Source of the DNA: Hemiscyllium ocellatum
Taxonomy: Eukaryota
NCBI RefSeq assembly: GCF_020745735.1
Contig: NW_026867487.1
Coordinates: 5,101,239-5,136,515 of the forward strand
DNA length: 35,277 nucleotides
Direction of reading: 5' to 3'
The notes below the pieces were generated by a model. The model was not told the DNA's origin. It saw nothing but the letters and a program-made list of their open reading frames with translations, and searched no databases. A program made the position numbers and the translations under genes. Below are positions 1 to 11,530 of this stretch, one piece after another (position 1 is the first letter of the stretch; every line of letters starts with the position of its first letter).

Positions 1-505
1 AAATCCGGAATTTTGTGAACTTTGATCCGCTGTTGAACTTTTGGGGTAACTCCAGGAACTGCAGGTCATATGGCTGTGGAGGGATTCCAATCATCCACCT
101 GTATACGGAATTGTAAATATTTACATTTTTTCTGTCATGGGAAATCCTTCTAAATTAGACCATTGAGTCCAGGCAACATGCGTTCAAATTCCTTCAGCAC
201 TGTTTCAGTTTAATAAATCTGTATTTGCATCAATATCCATAACAATTAAATTAGATTCCCGATTTCCTAAATATACTGACTACGCTTCAAAAAGTCAGTT
301 TTTGAGCGACGCTCCAGCGCCTAGAACGTATTATCCTGCTGCATGAAAAGTTATTTTGAAAGTTTCCATCCCTCAGTGACGGTGAAGACATTCAGAATCA
401 GTTGGAGACATCTCTCGATAAAGACCACTGCCTTTTGAGGAAGGACATTCCCAAGTCTCACAATGCTCTGACAGATAAGTTATCCCTCGTCTCTGATTAA
501 ACGGG

Positions 506-1445
506 TAGAGTCATAGAGTCCTACAATACGGAACAGCCTCTCTGTCTCAAATCCCCGAAGCCATCTGTCAACCCGAATACCATTTCCCTACACTTGACCC
601 ATACCTTTCTAATCCTTTCCTATCCATGTACTTGCTGAATGCCTTTTAAATGTTGCTAATGTAGCCACCTCAACCACCTCCGCTGGCATTTCATTCCACA
701 TGAGTACGACACTCTGCATTAAAAAAGTTGGTCCTTCGGTTCCTTTTCTTCCTTCCCCTTAAAGTGATGCCCTCTACCTCTTGATTCCCCACCTCCGGGA
801 AAAAGATTGATTGAATTCACACTATCCATGCCTCTCATGGCCTTGTACACCTCCATATGTTCCACACTCTCCACCCCTATTGCAATCAATGTCCTACACT
901 CTAAAGATAAACGTCCTAGTTTGTCTAACCTCTCCTTGCAAATCAGACCATTCAGTCCAGGCAATATACTTGTAAATTTCTTCTGCACTCTTTCCATTTT
1001 AATAAATCTTTCATACAGCAAGGTGACCAGACTGAGCACAATAACCCAAGTGCGGCCTCACCAACGTTGTGTACAATTGTAACATTATTTCTAATTTCTA
1101 TACTCAATTCCCTGACTGATGAAGACTAGTGTGCCAAAACCTTTTTCACTGTCCTGTCTAACTGTGACTTTCAGAGAACCATGCACTGAACACCGAGGTC
1201 TGTCTGTTGCACTACACTCCTTAAGGCCCTACCATACAACATGAAGTTCTTGCTTTGAATTGACTTTCCAAAATGCAATACGTCGCACTTGTCTATATCA
1301 AATTCCATTTGCGATTTCCGGCCCACTTTCCCAGCTGATCAAGGTCCTGTTGTAATTTCTGACAACCTTCTTCATTGTCCATGAAAACTCCGATTTTAGT
1401 ATCATCTACAAACTTACTGTAAATTTTCATCCTAATCATTGATAT
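506..1445 (-). mobile_element. CR1-type LINE, 5'-truncated and decayed (RT C-terminal region and 3' end)
   Basis: Minus-strand ORF 719-1039 reads ERVQKKFTSILPGL...ERLDKLGRLSLECR, matching the CR1 RT tail also seen at 24876-25232. It starts with the AGAGTCATAGAGTC-type tail repeat. Confidence 0.85.
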
Positions 1446-2477
1446 CAGAACATTGGATAGCTGTTTAAAAACGGATGAGTTTAAACTATAACCTCTCGTT
1501 CTAGTACGTCATGCAGATTAGAAAGTAGCCCTTGAAATATTTCCAATCTGAGCCCTCTTAAAAGACTGGCTTTCAGATTTTGGAAACTCGTCAGATGACT
1601 AAAAGCTCTTCTCACTTTCCCTGAATCTCATCATCCCTCTTACTTTAAAATTATGCAGCGGTCATTGAAGCGTTCACCAATGGGAAACTTATGTCTGTGC
1701 ATTTGATCCTGTCCTTTCAATCAAAACTCGAATTTCAATCGAATTTTAGTCAATACAATATTATTGCCCTCATGCCACATTAAGGTTAACTAAAACTTTA
1801 CTGAGCTGCTGAGCGCTGTAAAGCTTGGTTGATTGGATCCACCATGCCAAATTGTTTTCACTTGTTTAGATTTCCGTAATCTATGCAACACGATCAAGAG
1901 AGTTGACAAATAAGAGAAACACAGCTTCTTTTATAGATTAAGCCTTATTATAATCTAGAATTTCGAATGTAAGTGGGAATTCATTCAACACACATAGAAA
2001 GTATTAAAACTTGTACAACTACAGAATGTGGCAATTGCTGTGGCTGTGAAAATAATTATACTTTCTCTTTCAAAGAGCAGCCACAGACACAATGATAGGA
2101 ATACCTTCCATTTGTATTGTGTAGTAACACAATCCTTGATCTTTTATTCTCTCCTTCTCCATTTGTTCATCAGTGCTGTCCTGATGTGTTTTGGGGTGGT
2201 CACCGACTTCACAACATCCAAGATGTCCAGTTGCAGTTGTGCGGCATTACATTCCTTCTGCGCTCACACGGATCAATAAGTTCAGTCAGAGCTGAGTCTG
2301 CTGCAGTTCTGCCTTGAGCTTCCTTTTGATGCCCTTGGCTCTGACACGCCTTCCCTTCCCTGTGATACCATAGATATTGCTCTAGCCATCACTGTTAATC
2401 GTTGAGAACAACGGTTTAGATCAGGATCTCAAACAAAGGGTATTCCAGAATGCAGAATTACAAACCAAGAGTTCATC

Positions 2478-2991
2478 ACGAGGAAACTTTTGGCACCAAT
2501 GCTCATCGTTCTCTAAATTCTCAGTGTGTCTTCCTAGTAACATTCAAGTCCTCCTGACACAGATGTTTCCAACTCACATGCTATGAGTAGGAAACCAGTG
2601 ATGGTAATGAACGTGATCTTGAATACTGCTTTTCGTTTTTCTTAGAATGGAGTCATCAAGACATGTGGGAACAGTCAGTCCCTGAAACGGCGGTTAAACA
2701 GGGAGGCAATGTCACAGTAACATGCAGCTTGAAGTCAAGTGATCCAGACCCGACTTTTACTGGTACAATCAGTTCCCAGGGCAACCTCCACAATACATAA
2801 TTTATATAGTTGCAGCAGAGATTGCAAAGAGGAATCCTGATTTTGCTGAACGATTCTGTTTCACATTTACTAAATCTTGGAATAATACAGAGTAAGCAAT
2901 CAACAAGGCCATCAAATCAGACTCAGACATGGATTTCTGTGCTATGAAGCCTACATTGATAAAGAGTTATGACACAGCCCCTTTAAAGCCT
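2478..2991 (+). pseudogene. TCR alpha/delta-type V pseudogene (V1), paralog of V6
   Basis: Leader 2478-2523 has ACG in place of ATG and a TAA at 2514-2516. V exon 2646-2951 follows TTCTTAG and reads GGNVTVTCSL...WYNQFPGQPPQY...DMDFCAMKP. It has a 1-nt frameshift near 2750 and a TAA at 2893-2895. The RSS is degenerate (TACATTG at 2952-2958, TTAAAGCCT at 2983-2991). Confidence 0.9.
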
Positions 2992-4025
2992 CACTCTGAG
3001 CATGACAGTTGGAGCTCACCGAAAGGTTCTTTCGTATGGAGAAACAGAAAGAACCATTCAACTCCAGAGAAAGAATCACGGGGGTGGTGGGGGTGGGGGT
3101 GGTACTTAAACCGAGAAAAAAAAGTGCACGATAAATAAATCTTAATTACTTTTGAGAGTCATATCAATATGTTAGCTTCGATGTAAACGTGCTAGGAATG
3201 AACTGCACAAACCCATCAGTGAAGATCTGTTTCTGGTTTAGTTTCCCACCAAACATTTTCAATATCTTGCGTTCTCATCCCCCCTGTCAGTGGCCTTTGT
3301 CCATAGATAGAGAAATTAATTTTATGAGGAAGCTTTTCATAATATAAAACTTGCTTTTCATAATGGTAGTTCAGATATAGAGTCATGCCATTTAGATGAG
3401 TTGCAGACTGAGTGGCAAATATATAAAGTAAATACTTTATTCCTCAGTTCACAGATTTGAAAACAGTCATCAGAACAATCCACCGAGCCAGTCATCTCAC
3501 AAACTTATATTTTAAAATCCACTCCCAGGCGATGAGTTTAATACTTTTTATTCAACAGTATTGAGAAATGTTGAGTGAATGGAAGGTACACATTTGAAAT
3601 CCACAGTGGGCTGTTTCGGACATCCACCGATAGACATCAAACAGAACAGAAGGTGTGAAAAAGCAATTCTGAAGGGGGTGCTAAGAGTGAAACATTCTGC
3701 GTGTTGAAAATTTTAATTTTATTACATCCTGCATCTTACAAATCGAACTGTTTTTCCCTATCAGTTTACAGATTTCACGATAAGCATATATTTTGCAATA
3801 AAAATGCAACCTTTGTCACACTATGTACTGCTGCATCAAATGATTAATTAAAATTACATCAATGAACATCCAGCGAGATCTAACAAAGTGGATCCTCACA
3901 GGTACCTGCTGTAATGAAGAGGGCCATCTGCTGATAATCAGTAGATTAATGAGTCCTGTGTCTGTTAAAGTAATGAATTCAAATCGGTGTGTTAGGCTCG
4001 TACTGAACGCATGTTTTCATTTACC

Positions 4026-4249
4026 GAAAGGAGTTGAAAAATGTGGTGCTGGAAAAACACAGCAGGCCAGGCAGCATCCGAGGAGCAGGAGAATCGGCGT
4101 TTCGGGCATAAGCCCTTCTTCAGAAAGAAGGGCGTATGCCCGAAATATCGATTCTCCTGCTTCTCAGATGCTGCCTGGCCTGCTGTATTTTTCCAGCAGC
4201 ACAATTTTCAACTCTGTTCTCCAGCGTCTGCAGTCCTCACTTTCTCCTA
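4026..4249. mobile_element. Hairpin mini-element derived from a Penelope-like 3' repeat, with 7-bp target-site duplication
   Basis: 90-bp inverted arms (4031-4120 / 4125-4214; 9 mismatches; loop CAGA). ATTTACC is duplicated at 4019-4025 and 4250-4256. The paralogous right-arm site (~27990) is empty. The sequence matches the 3' end of the Penelope-like element at ~9165-9290. Confidence 0.8.
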
Positions 4250-4444
4250 ATTTACCTTAAGGATCCTGTCACATATTGAAAGCAAACGTATTCAGTTTTG
4301 GGCCAGGACGCTTCCACGGAGTTGCCTTCACTTTAAATCAATTTATTGATGTTTCCGATGATAAAGAATACAAGTGACAGCTTAATTTTGGAATTTGCCA
4401 CGTAGCACGGCTAAACAAGTAACAAAGAAGTAAAAAGTATCGAA

Positions 4445-4520
4445 ACAATAAATGCCAGAAACCACAGTGCATGAGGCATTGATCATAGACAGAGGGGAAG
4501 CTGACGTTTAAAGTCTACAG
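4445..4520. repeat. Short decayed SINE-like fragment, shared with ~27725-27795 in the other arm
   Basis: Resembles the ATGCTGCCTGA...TTCCAGCA motif of the mini-element family and sits at the paralogous position in both arms. Confidence 0.35.
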
Positions 4521-5549
4521 GAACCTTGATTAAGCTGATAAAAAGTAAAATGTATGCGCGACATATTTGCGAAGGCATGGTGACAGATTTCAAAAGAACC
4601 TGGTTCTTCCTGAAATGGTTATTCTTCAATAACTAAAGATGTACCTGATATCCCCGCCTCTGCTCATATTTTTTTTCTGGACAGAGACACCAGACAACAC
4701 CCAATCAATTGATAAATGCATTGTCAGCCAATCAACGAACTGCATCTCTATTTTGCAATTCAGCACGTCAACTTAGGACGGCGAGAAATAAATTGAAATT
4801 GAAACCGGTAATAACTTGCATTTGAAATTGATACTGCACTTGAAGTTTGGAATTTTTGCATTAGCCCTCATTCATGCAAAGCAGAAATCTGCAGTAATTC
4901 CTTTTCAAAGCAGTGCTTAGATTGTTCTTTTATAACGGGTACTTGATTTTGAAAATTTGGAGCAGACGGTATCTGAGGTTCATTGACATGAAATGCCTTC
5001 ATTGCATGTTTGATAGGGAATAGGTGTTACCATGAACAGTAGAAATGAAAATGAATTGAGTATCCTGACAGTACTTCACGGTGTATGGTAAAACGCATTT
5101 TATTTCACTCTTGCTATAGATATACTCGACACAGACTGATGGCATTACAGCGGTTTCACATTGTCCTGAGTCTGTGATTGTTACCCATTTGTAGAAATCA
5201 CATTTTGAGTTTTCTATCAAAGCAGCTAAATGTTCTTATTCTGATAATGATAGGTTCAGATTTAGGTCCTTATCGCACATTGGTAGCATCCCTGACCTCG
5301 ATGTAGGCAGCTTGCATTGAAGTTTCACCTAGTCTTAGGGTACGTGATAATGTTGTTTAGAAAATAACGTCAGTGACTGTAGAGCCGAATGAGCATGACC
5401 AGTGTTCAGTAACGAACAGTGTATCTATGCACTTCAGGACAGAGATTGTCTTATTTTAGACACTCTTACGATCGGTTACAGTTTAGAATAAGGCATTGTC
5501 ACGTAGCTTCTGTGTCCTTGATACACTGTGTCATAGATTCCTTGCGATT

Positions 5550-5900
5550 TTACAATTTAAAACAAGCTGTGATGTGAGGCATAGATAGAGTGGATAGCCA
5601 GAGACGTTTTCCAACGACGGAAATGGCTATCATGAAGTGGCTTGAATGACGGTTTAGGGGAGATTTCAGAGGTCGTTTCTTTACACAAAGTGTGTTGAGT
5701 GCGTGGAATATACTACCAGAACTGCCAGAAGAATCAGATACATTGGGGACATTTAAAAGACTCTTGGATTGCCACCGTGAATGTTTGGAGAAAGAAAAAT
5801 GAATCTGAGGATGAGTTTCATATAGAGTAGGATAACATAGGATAAAACAACACTGAGAGCCAAAGCCCCTATTCGGTTCTGTACTGTTTCCCATGTTCTA
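5550..5900 (+). mobile_element. CR1 LINE 3'-end fragment inserted before the duplication
   Basis: Contains TTCTTTACACAAAG...GCGTGGAAT...GATACATTGGGGACATTTAAAAGACTCTTGGAT and a ...TGTTCTAAGTTCTAAG tail. The paralog is at ~26340-26660 (-). Confidence 0.75.
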
Positions 5901-7340
5901 AGTTCTAAGCTGCTATTTCGTCCATTTGTAGATTGAATATTGGCAACAGAAGCAAATGAAGCACGAAAATAAGGCCACGATCTGCCAATAAGTGAAACCT
6001 GTCCTGTCTTGGGTTACAATTTAATATGTGTCAAGTTTCAAAACATTTTATGAGTTACTGTGGTTCAGAGATAGTACCCTTAGCTGTAGGCTAGAGGACT
6101 GGGTCTAATTTCACCATAGGAAATAAAAACGGCTACACTCTTGTTTCATGCCATGTACTGAAACAAAAAACTGTTGAAGTCTAAGGCAGAAACCGTGTTC
6201 TCTAAAAGGTTCCTCATAATAGTGTAACATAACGAGTCTATTGTGATGACGTATTAATATGTTAAATCCATACATTAACTTAGATAAGGTCTGTTTTGGT
6301 ACAGAACTGAGTGGTGCAGACTTAGTGTTGCAATGTTATGTGAGGTAATTGTATTGGAATAGCATTCCCTCATTTGCAGTTTTAAGTGCTCAGTATTTGA
6401 CGGATTGCATTATCTATGTATCCATGTCAGGATTCCTGTTACGATCCGACCGATCATATAAATTGTGAAATTGAGATAATACTTAACATATTCTAAACGT
6501 CTTTTGGACAGGAGTTGTTATGTAATTTTACAATAAGTAAGTCTACTAGTTTTCCTTCTCTATGAATGCGAGATCTAAGCACACCATCAGATAAAGGCAC
6601 GAGTGGGATAAAGCTGGAAGTACTCACTGTGTTCTCCAAGCTTTTCACTGTTATCTGATTCCACGCCTTATTGTATTGTAATAGACCACTATATATTTCG
6701 CAATCAGACTGTTTATATTGAGTTAACAGTACTTACAACAGATGTCTACAGTTGCCATGCATGTGGTCCTGACAATTCCTCATCGTCAAACGTAACTACT
6801 ATGGTAAAAATCAGTTTTGGAATGTTTACCAGTTTCTGCAGATACCACTGCATGTAGGGTGTGTCCAGGTTTCTATAGTCACAATCCATCTTCACAGACG
6901 CTCTTCAGCCATGGCTATGGGCTCCAGATGCTGTGTTACTCGATTTGCACGTAGGCCCACAGTGGGCACAGACGAATAAAGTATGAATTAGTTGCTAGTA
7001 TCCATTCAAGCGAGTTTATATGTGAGCGAGCATGTGGAGTATAGAATTTCGCTAGCTGTCCATTATACGGCTATTTCACCACAATAATAATATCAAACAA
7101 GACATCAGACGTTGAACAATGTGCCTTTATGGACATAACTAACACAGACTCTTTCAATTAAAAGAAAACTATTTATTTAAACAAAAATGTTTGTAGTACA
7201 CTTCTGTCAGAAACCTTTAATGCAGTGAGAGTGAGTTGCGAAGAAAAGAGCGAACACAGACACTGCTTAACTTATTCTTCAAGATATTCAGTTCACCGAG
7301 ACAATAAAGTGTCTAGAACCAGAGTCACAGAGTAATTTTT

Positions 7341-7488
7341 CCATTGTGACCTCACTCACTGCATAGGTACAAGTCCATTATGAACTCACTGCGTGGGGAC
7401 AGGTCCATTGTGACCTAAGTAACTTCAGGGAGACAGCCTCAAGATGACCTCAACCTTTTAGGGGTATCAAGTTCATTGTGACCTCATT
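7341..7488. repeat. Degenerate minisatellite, ~34-bp period, about 4.5 units
   Basis: Units start at 7341, 7375, 7405, 7439 and 7473, with core CCATTGTGACCTCA. A decayed paralog lies at ~23770-23920. Confidence 0.7.
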
Positions 7489-7691
7489 AGGTTAGAATGC
7501 CTCTTGGTTTTGGCCCTGCTAACGCCCGAGACTCACTTCCTGTTTAAATTAAACTGGATAACTTTGGAATGCCCCAACGAATATATTCAGGATTAATTAC
7601 TTTTCATAAATGACCAGCAGACTTTCCCAGAAATTTAGTTTAGAGCTGCGAAGACTGAAAGTTTATCAATCTCGATAATCATATCTGATGG

Positions 7692-9293
7692 CCTTCCAGC
7701 TCCCCACTGCTGTGTTTGCCACCACTTCCGCCCCCACCAACGCCACTCACCTGCATTCTGCTGACACGCCTCCCACAGATCCCACTGTCATCATCCTCAA
7801 CCCCAGAACCCTATGGGGAACACCTCTCCTGCTCATGACTCCACCCAATTCGCTCTAATACCACGCCCACTCCAGTGACAGGCTTCGCCCCTACTCCCAG
7901 CTCCACACTGACACCAGATCCTAGTTCCCAGCCCTGCTGAGTTCTAACATCCCTCAAGACCTCCCAGTCACTCAAGACGAACGATCACTCCTCAGCAAAC
8001 GACTCACTTTCAACCTCCTCCGCCCACGTATCAATGAACTTAATACACACCATGACGTCGAACATTTCTTCTGCCGCCTCCGCCTCTGAGCTTACTTATA
8101 CAATCAGGTCTCCCACCCACCTTCCGAGGACCCCTTCGCCCGCCTCCAGCACACTCCATCCAACTGGACAGCACGTGCTGGCCTATTACCTGCCCTTGAC
8201 CTCTTCATTTCCAATTGCCGCTGGGACATTAACCGCCTCAACCTGTCTACCCTCCTCTCCCACTCCAACTTCTCACCCTCACAACGCACTGCCCTCCACT
8301 CCCTCTGCTCCAATCCAGACCTCACCATCAAGCCAGCAGATAAAGGGGGTGCAATGGTAGTCTGGCGCATTGGACTCTACGCAACTGAAGCCAGACACCA
8401 ACTCGAGGACACCTCTTCCCGCCGCCTCCTCGTCCGTGACCCCACCCCCCATCACCAAACCATCATCTTCCAGACCATACAGAACCTCATCACCTCAGGA
8501 GATCTCCCACCCACAGCTTCCAACCTCATAGTCCTGGAACCCCGCACTGCCCGGTTCTTCCTCTTTCCCAAGATCCACAAGCCTGACCACCCTGGACAAC
8601 ACATTGTCTCAGCATGCTCCTGCCCCACTGAACTCATCTCTACCTACCTCGACACTGTTCTATACCTCTTAGTCCAGGAAATCCCCACATATGGTCGAGA
8701 TACCACCCATGCCCTCCACCTCCTCCATGACTTCTGTTTCCCCGGCCCCCGACGCCTCATCTTCACCATGGATATCCAATCCCTCTACACCTCCATCTGC
8801 CATGACCAGGGCCTCCAAGCCCTCCGTTTCTTCCTCTCCCGACGTCCCCAGCAGTACCCTCCACCGATACTCTCATTCGTTTGGCCGAACTGGTCCTCAC
8901 CCTTAACAATTTCTCCTTAGAATCCTCCCACTTCCTCCAGACCAAAGAGGTAGACATGGGCATCCGTATGGGCCCCAGCTATGTGTGCCTCTCACCTTCA
9001 TCCTACCCCCTCCACCCATTGTACTCTTTGCTACCTTCCCCATCCTCTTCCCTGACCTACCACCTTCACCCCCACCCCCACTCACCCACTGTACTCTATG
9101 CTACTTTCTTCCCACCCTCACCCTCCTCTCATTTATCTCTCTACCCTTCAGGCACTCTGCCTGTATTCCTGATGAAATGGTTTTGCCCGAAACGTCGATT
9201 TTCTTGCTCCTCGGATGCTGCCTGAACTGCTATGCTTTTCCAGCACCACTCGAATGCAGAATCTGGTTTCCAGCATCTGCAGTCATTGTTTTT
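7692..9293 (+). mobile_element. Penelope-like retroelement (PLE), internally deleted, left arm only
   Basis: RT motifs KPADKGGA (8330-8353), FPKIHKP and TMDIQSLYTSI (ORF 8354-8920), then frameshifted QTKEVDMGIRMGPSY. It has a pyrimidine-rich tail and a hammerhead-type 3' end. The right arm is continuous across this point (~23550-23560). Confidence 0.85.
9165..9198 (+). ncRNA. Minimal type I hammerhead ribozyme motif (stem II degenerate)
   Basis: CTGATGA at 9169-9175 and GAAAC-GTC from 9189, with a palindromic ACGT stem III. Stem II (ATGG/GCCC) has lost its pairing. Minimal hammerheads are an established feature of PLE terminal repeats. Confidence 0.6.
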
Positions 9294-9352
9294 ACCGAGC
9301 CATTTAAAATCATTGACTATGAGGTAACAGTCAGCTCCCATCCTGGGCAATA

Positions 9353-9714
9353 GGGAACGCGATGGAATAGTTGGATTACCACTGACTGTTAATGCCAAGA
9401 TGCAGGCGATGTTCTAGCGTCTCAGATTCGAATACCACCATGTCAAAAGGCGGAAGTTGAATTCAATGAAAGACCTTGAATTTGGGCTCCAATGATCATC
9501 ATGAATCCGTTGCCGCTTGTCAGACAAACCGATCTCAGTCACGCACCTCTTTTAGGTAAGGAAACTACCATTCTTATCTGGCCTGATTTACATATGAATC
9601 AAGACCCAGAGCAATGTGGTTGAATCTCAAACCACTTCTGGGAAACTAGAGATCGGCAATAAAAGCTTCTCTACCCAGCGATGCCAACATCCCATGAAAA
9701 AAAGAAAAACAAAA
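9353..9714 (+). mobile_element. tRNA-derived SINE, DeuSINE/SacSINE1-like
   Basis: Box-B-like GATTCGAATACC, a central TTTAGGTAAGGAAA...GCAATGTGGTTGA core and a CAGCGATGCCAACATCCCATGAAAAAA tail. The family name comes from recalled consensus and was not confirmed by search. Confidence 0.6.
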
Positions 9715-9829
9715 TTGGATGCGTCTTTGGAGATTAGGACAGGTTCAATTCTGACTGCAGGCCCGGGTTCAACTTTCGGTATGAGTACTAACTCTGAGCT
9801 GGTTGACCAGAAAATGCCAACAAGTCAAT

Positions 9830-10260
9830 GATAGTGTCTGGGTCTCTAAGCCAGGAAATGTCACCTGTTTCAAAGATGCTAAATGACACATCATGAACAT
9901 GTTGTTGAAAAATTATGCACCTGACATGAAGGATTTCAATCTGAACAAGGAAACGAAAATGAGATTTTCCCCTTTACAAAACTGTGGCCTTTTCATCGAC
10001 CGATTGTACCTGATTTTTTCCAACCAAACTGATTATATTTTTACAAGGATTCTTACACTGAAGAATAAATTTTATTTAGGGCAGAGGGATCTTTTATCCA
10101 TTTGAAACATCGTATCTAAAATGAGCAGGCAAACAACTCCATGTTAAATCGCCAAAAGAAACTGTCATCAGTTGTCAAGTAAATGGAATATCAAAAAGAG
10201 AAGGTGAAAAACAATGTAAATAGGCATTTCAAATAGGTGCGGGCATAATAATTGGAATTA
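9830..10260. repeat. Unidentified module present three times (also ~22560-23030 and ~31560-32035)
   Basis: Shared strings such as CTAAATAAAA(C/T)TTATT, CATCGAC.GATTG.ACCTG and TTTCCTGGCTTA occur in all three copies. Confidence 0.75.
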
Positions 10261-11530
10261 TCAGTGTGTTCGCTCATGTTTTATTACTCTATTCACTCCA
10301 TACCCCATTTCCACCCGTATTCCTCTTTCAGCTGTTCTTCATCAGTTAAAGTGAACATGCGTAGGATGCAGACAGATTTCTCGAGATCAAGGCGTCACTA
10401 TGTCCACTCCATCACTGCGGATGCAACTGAGAGCCATCACACCTTCTTCACTCTATCAACACTGTAGTTGCTCGCCACACAATTTCCATTTGCTGTGAGT
10501 AATCTGCTCTGAATTCATGAATAGGGAGATTGCTGCTGCTAGTCTTTTCCTGTCATTGGTTAGATCAGCAGCGAGATGAAATAAGGATCTGTACTTCTGC
10601 TCTGACTGAATGTTTTCTGTGTTAAAGGCTGAGAGACTCAGGAAGTATAAAACAGAACAATTTCGCACCCTCTCCTCAGCATTAACTCACAACACAGTTG
10701 ATATTTCCTCTCAGTAAAATTTCATTCTCCCCATGATTACTTGCAAGTCTGTCACAGTAGTAATGATGCGGTGATGCTGATGAAAATGTTGGTGATGATT
10801 ATCTAAACTAAACTTGTTCTGATTGTTGGTGCCGCTATTAAATCTGGTTACTGGAATGACAGGAAATAGTGTGGAATAAAATTTTTATTATCACTGTTGC
10901 AGAAATTGATGACATACTAAATGAAACCTCTAACACGAATATTCACGCTTGTTCTGATATAGTCTGTATCTAGGCATGTTCTATAATTCACGATTTGGCC
11001 CACTGAGAACAGGAATTTCAGAATCACGAATTAGTTTTTCTTCCATGTATAATGGAACTGAGGAAAGTACTAAAGTAACAATTGATCCTACCCTGAAGTT
11101 TGAGACTGATGTCATGAGAAGCATACACTGCTGCAAAGATTCTGATCAAAACTCCATAATGAGATTTCCATGTATTGTTTGACAAAGAATGCCATTGTAC
11201 CATTAAGCAGGTGAAATAATTTGAAGTCCACAGTCTCCTGAAGTGAATGCAACTTTCAACAGCTTTGGTCACTGGTCCCCATGAATGTCTTCACTATGAC
11301 ATGATTGTTTAGTCTGATATCGTTACACAATGCCCTGTCTACTAAGACCTGCTGTCCAGTCTACTCAACAGCAAGCTGCTCTAAGAAACTATCCTGAAAA
11401 GCCTCTTTGAGCTCTCCATCTAGGGTAGCTTTAGATGTTTGACAGTTACAGTAGAAATATCGATTAAAATATTCCATGATTATGTCGAAACTTCTGAAAA
11501 ATGCTATACCCACTTCCTATTTGAGGGGGA

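Noticed and set aside
223-230. Ig-promoter octamer ATTTGCAT
   Set aside because: No leader or V exon lies within promoter distance.
5120-5530. Possible very old V relic (paralog ~26700-27036)
   Set aside because: Only an acceptor-like site and scattered codons fit. It needs several assumed indels, so it is unsupported without an HMM hit.
6297-6306. TGGTACAGA (W-Y-R) as a V framework-2 remnant
   Set aside because: No properly spaced Cys residues or RSS in either arm.
7341-7488. CRISPR-like periodic repeat
   Set aside because: The context is vertebrate, the units are degenerate tandem copies without unique spacers, and there are no cas genes.
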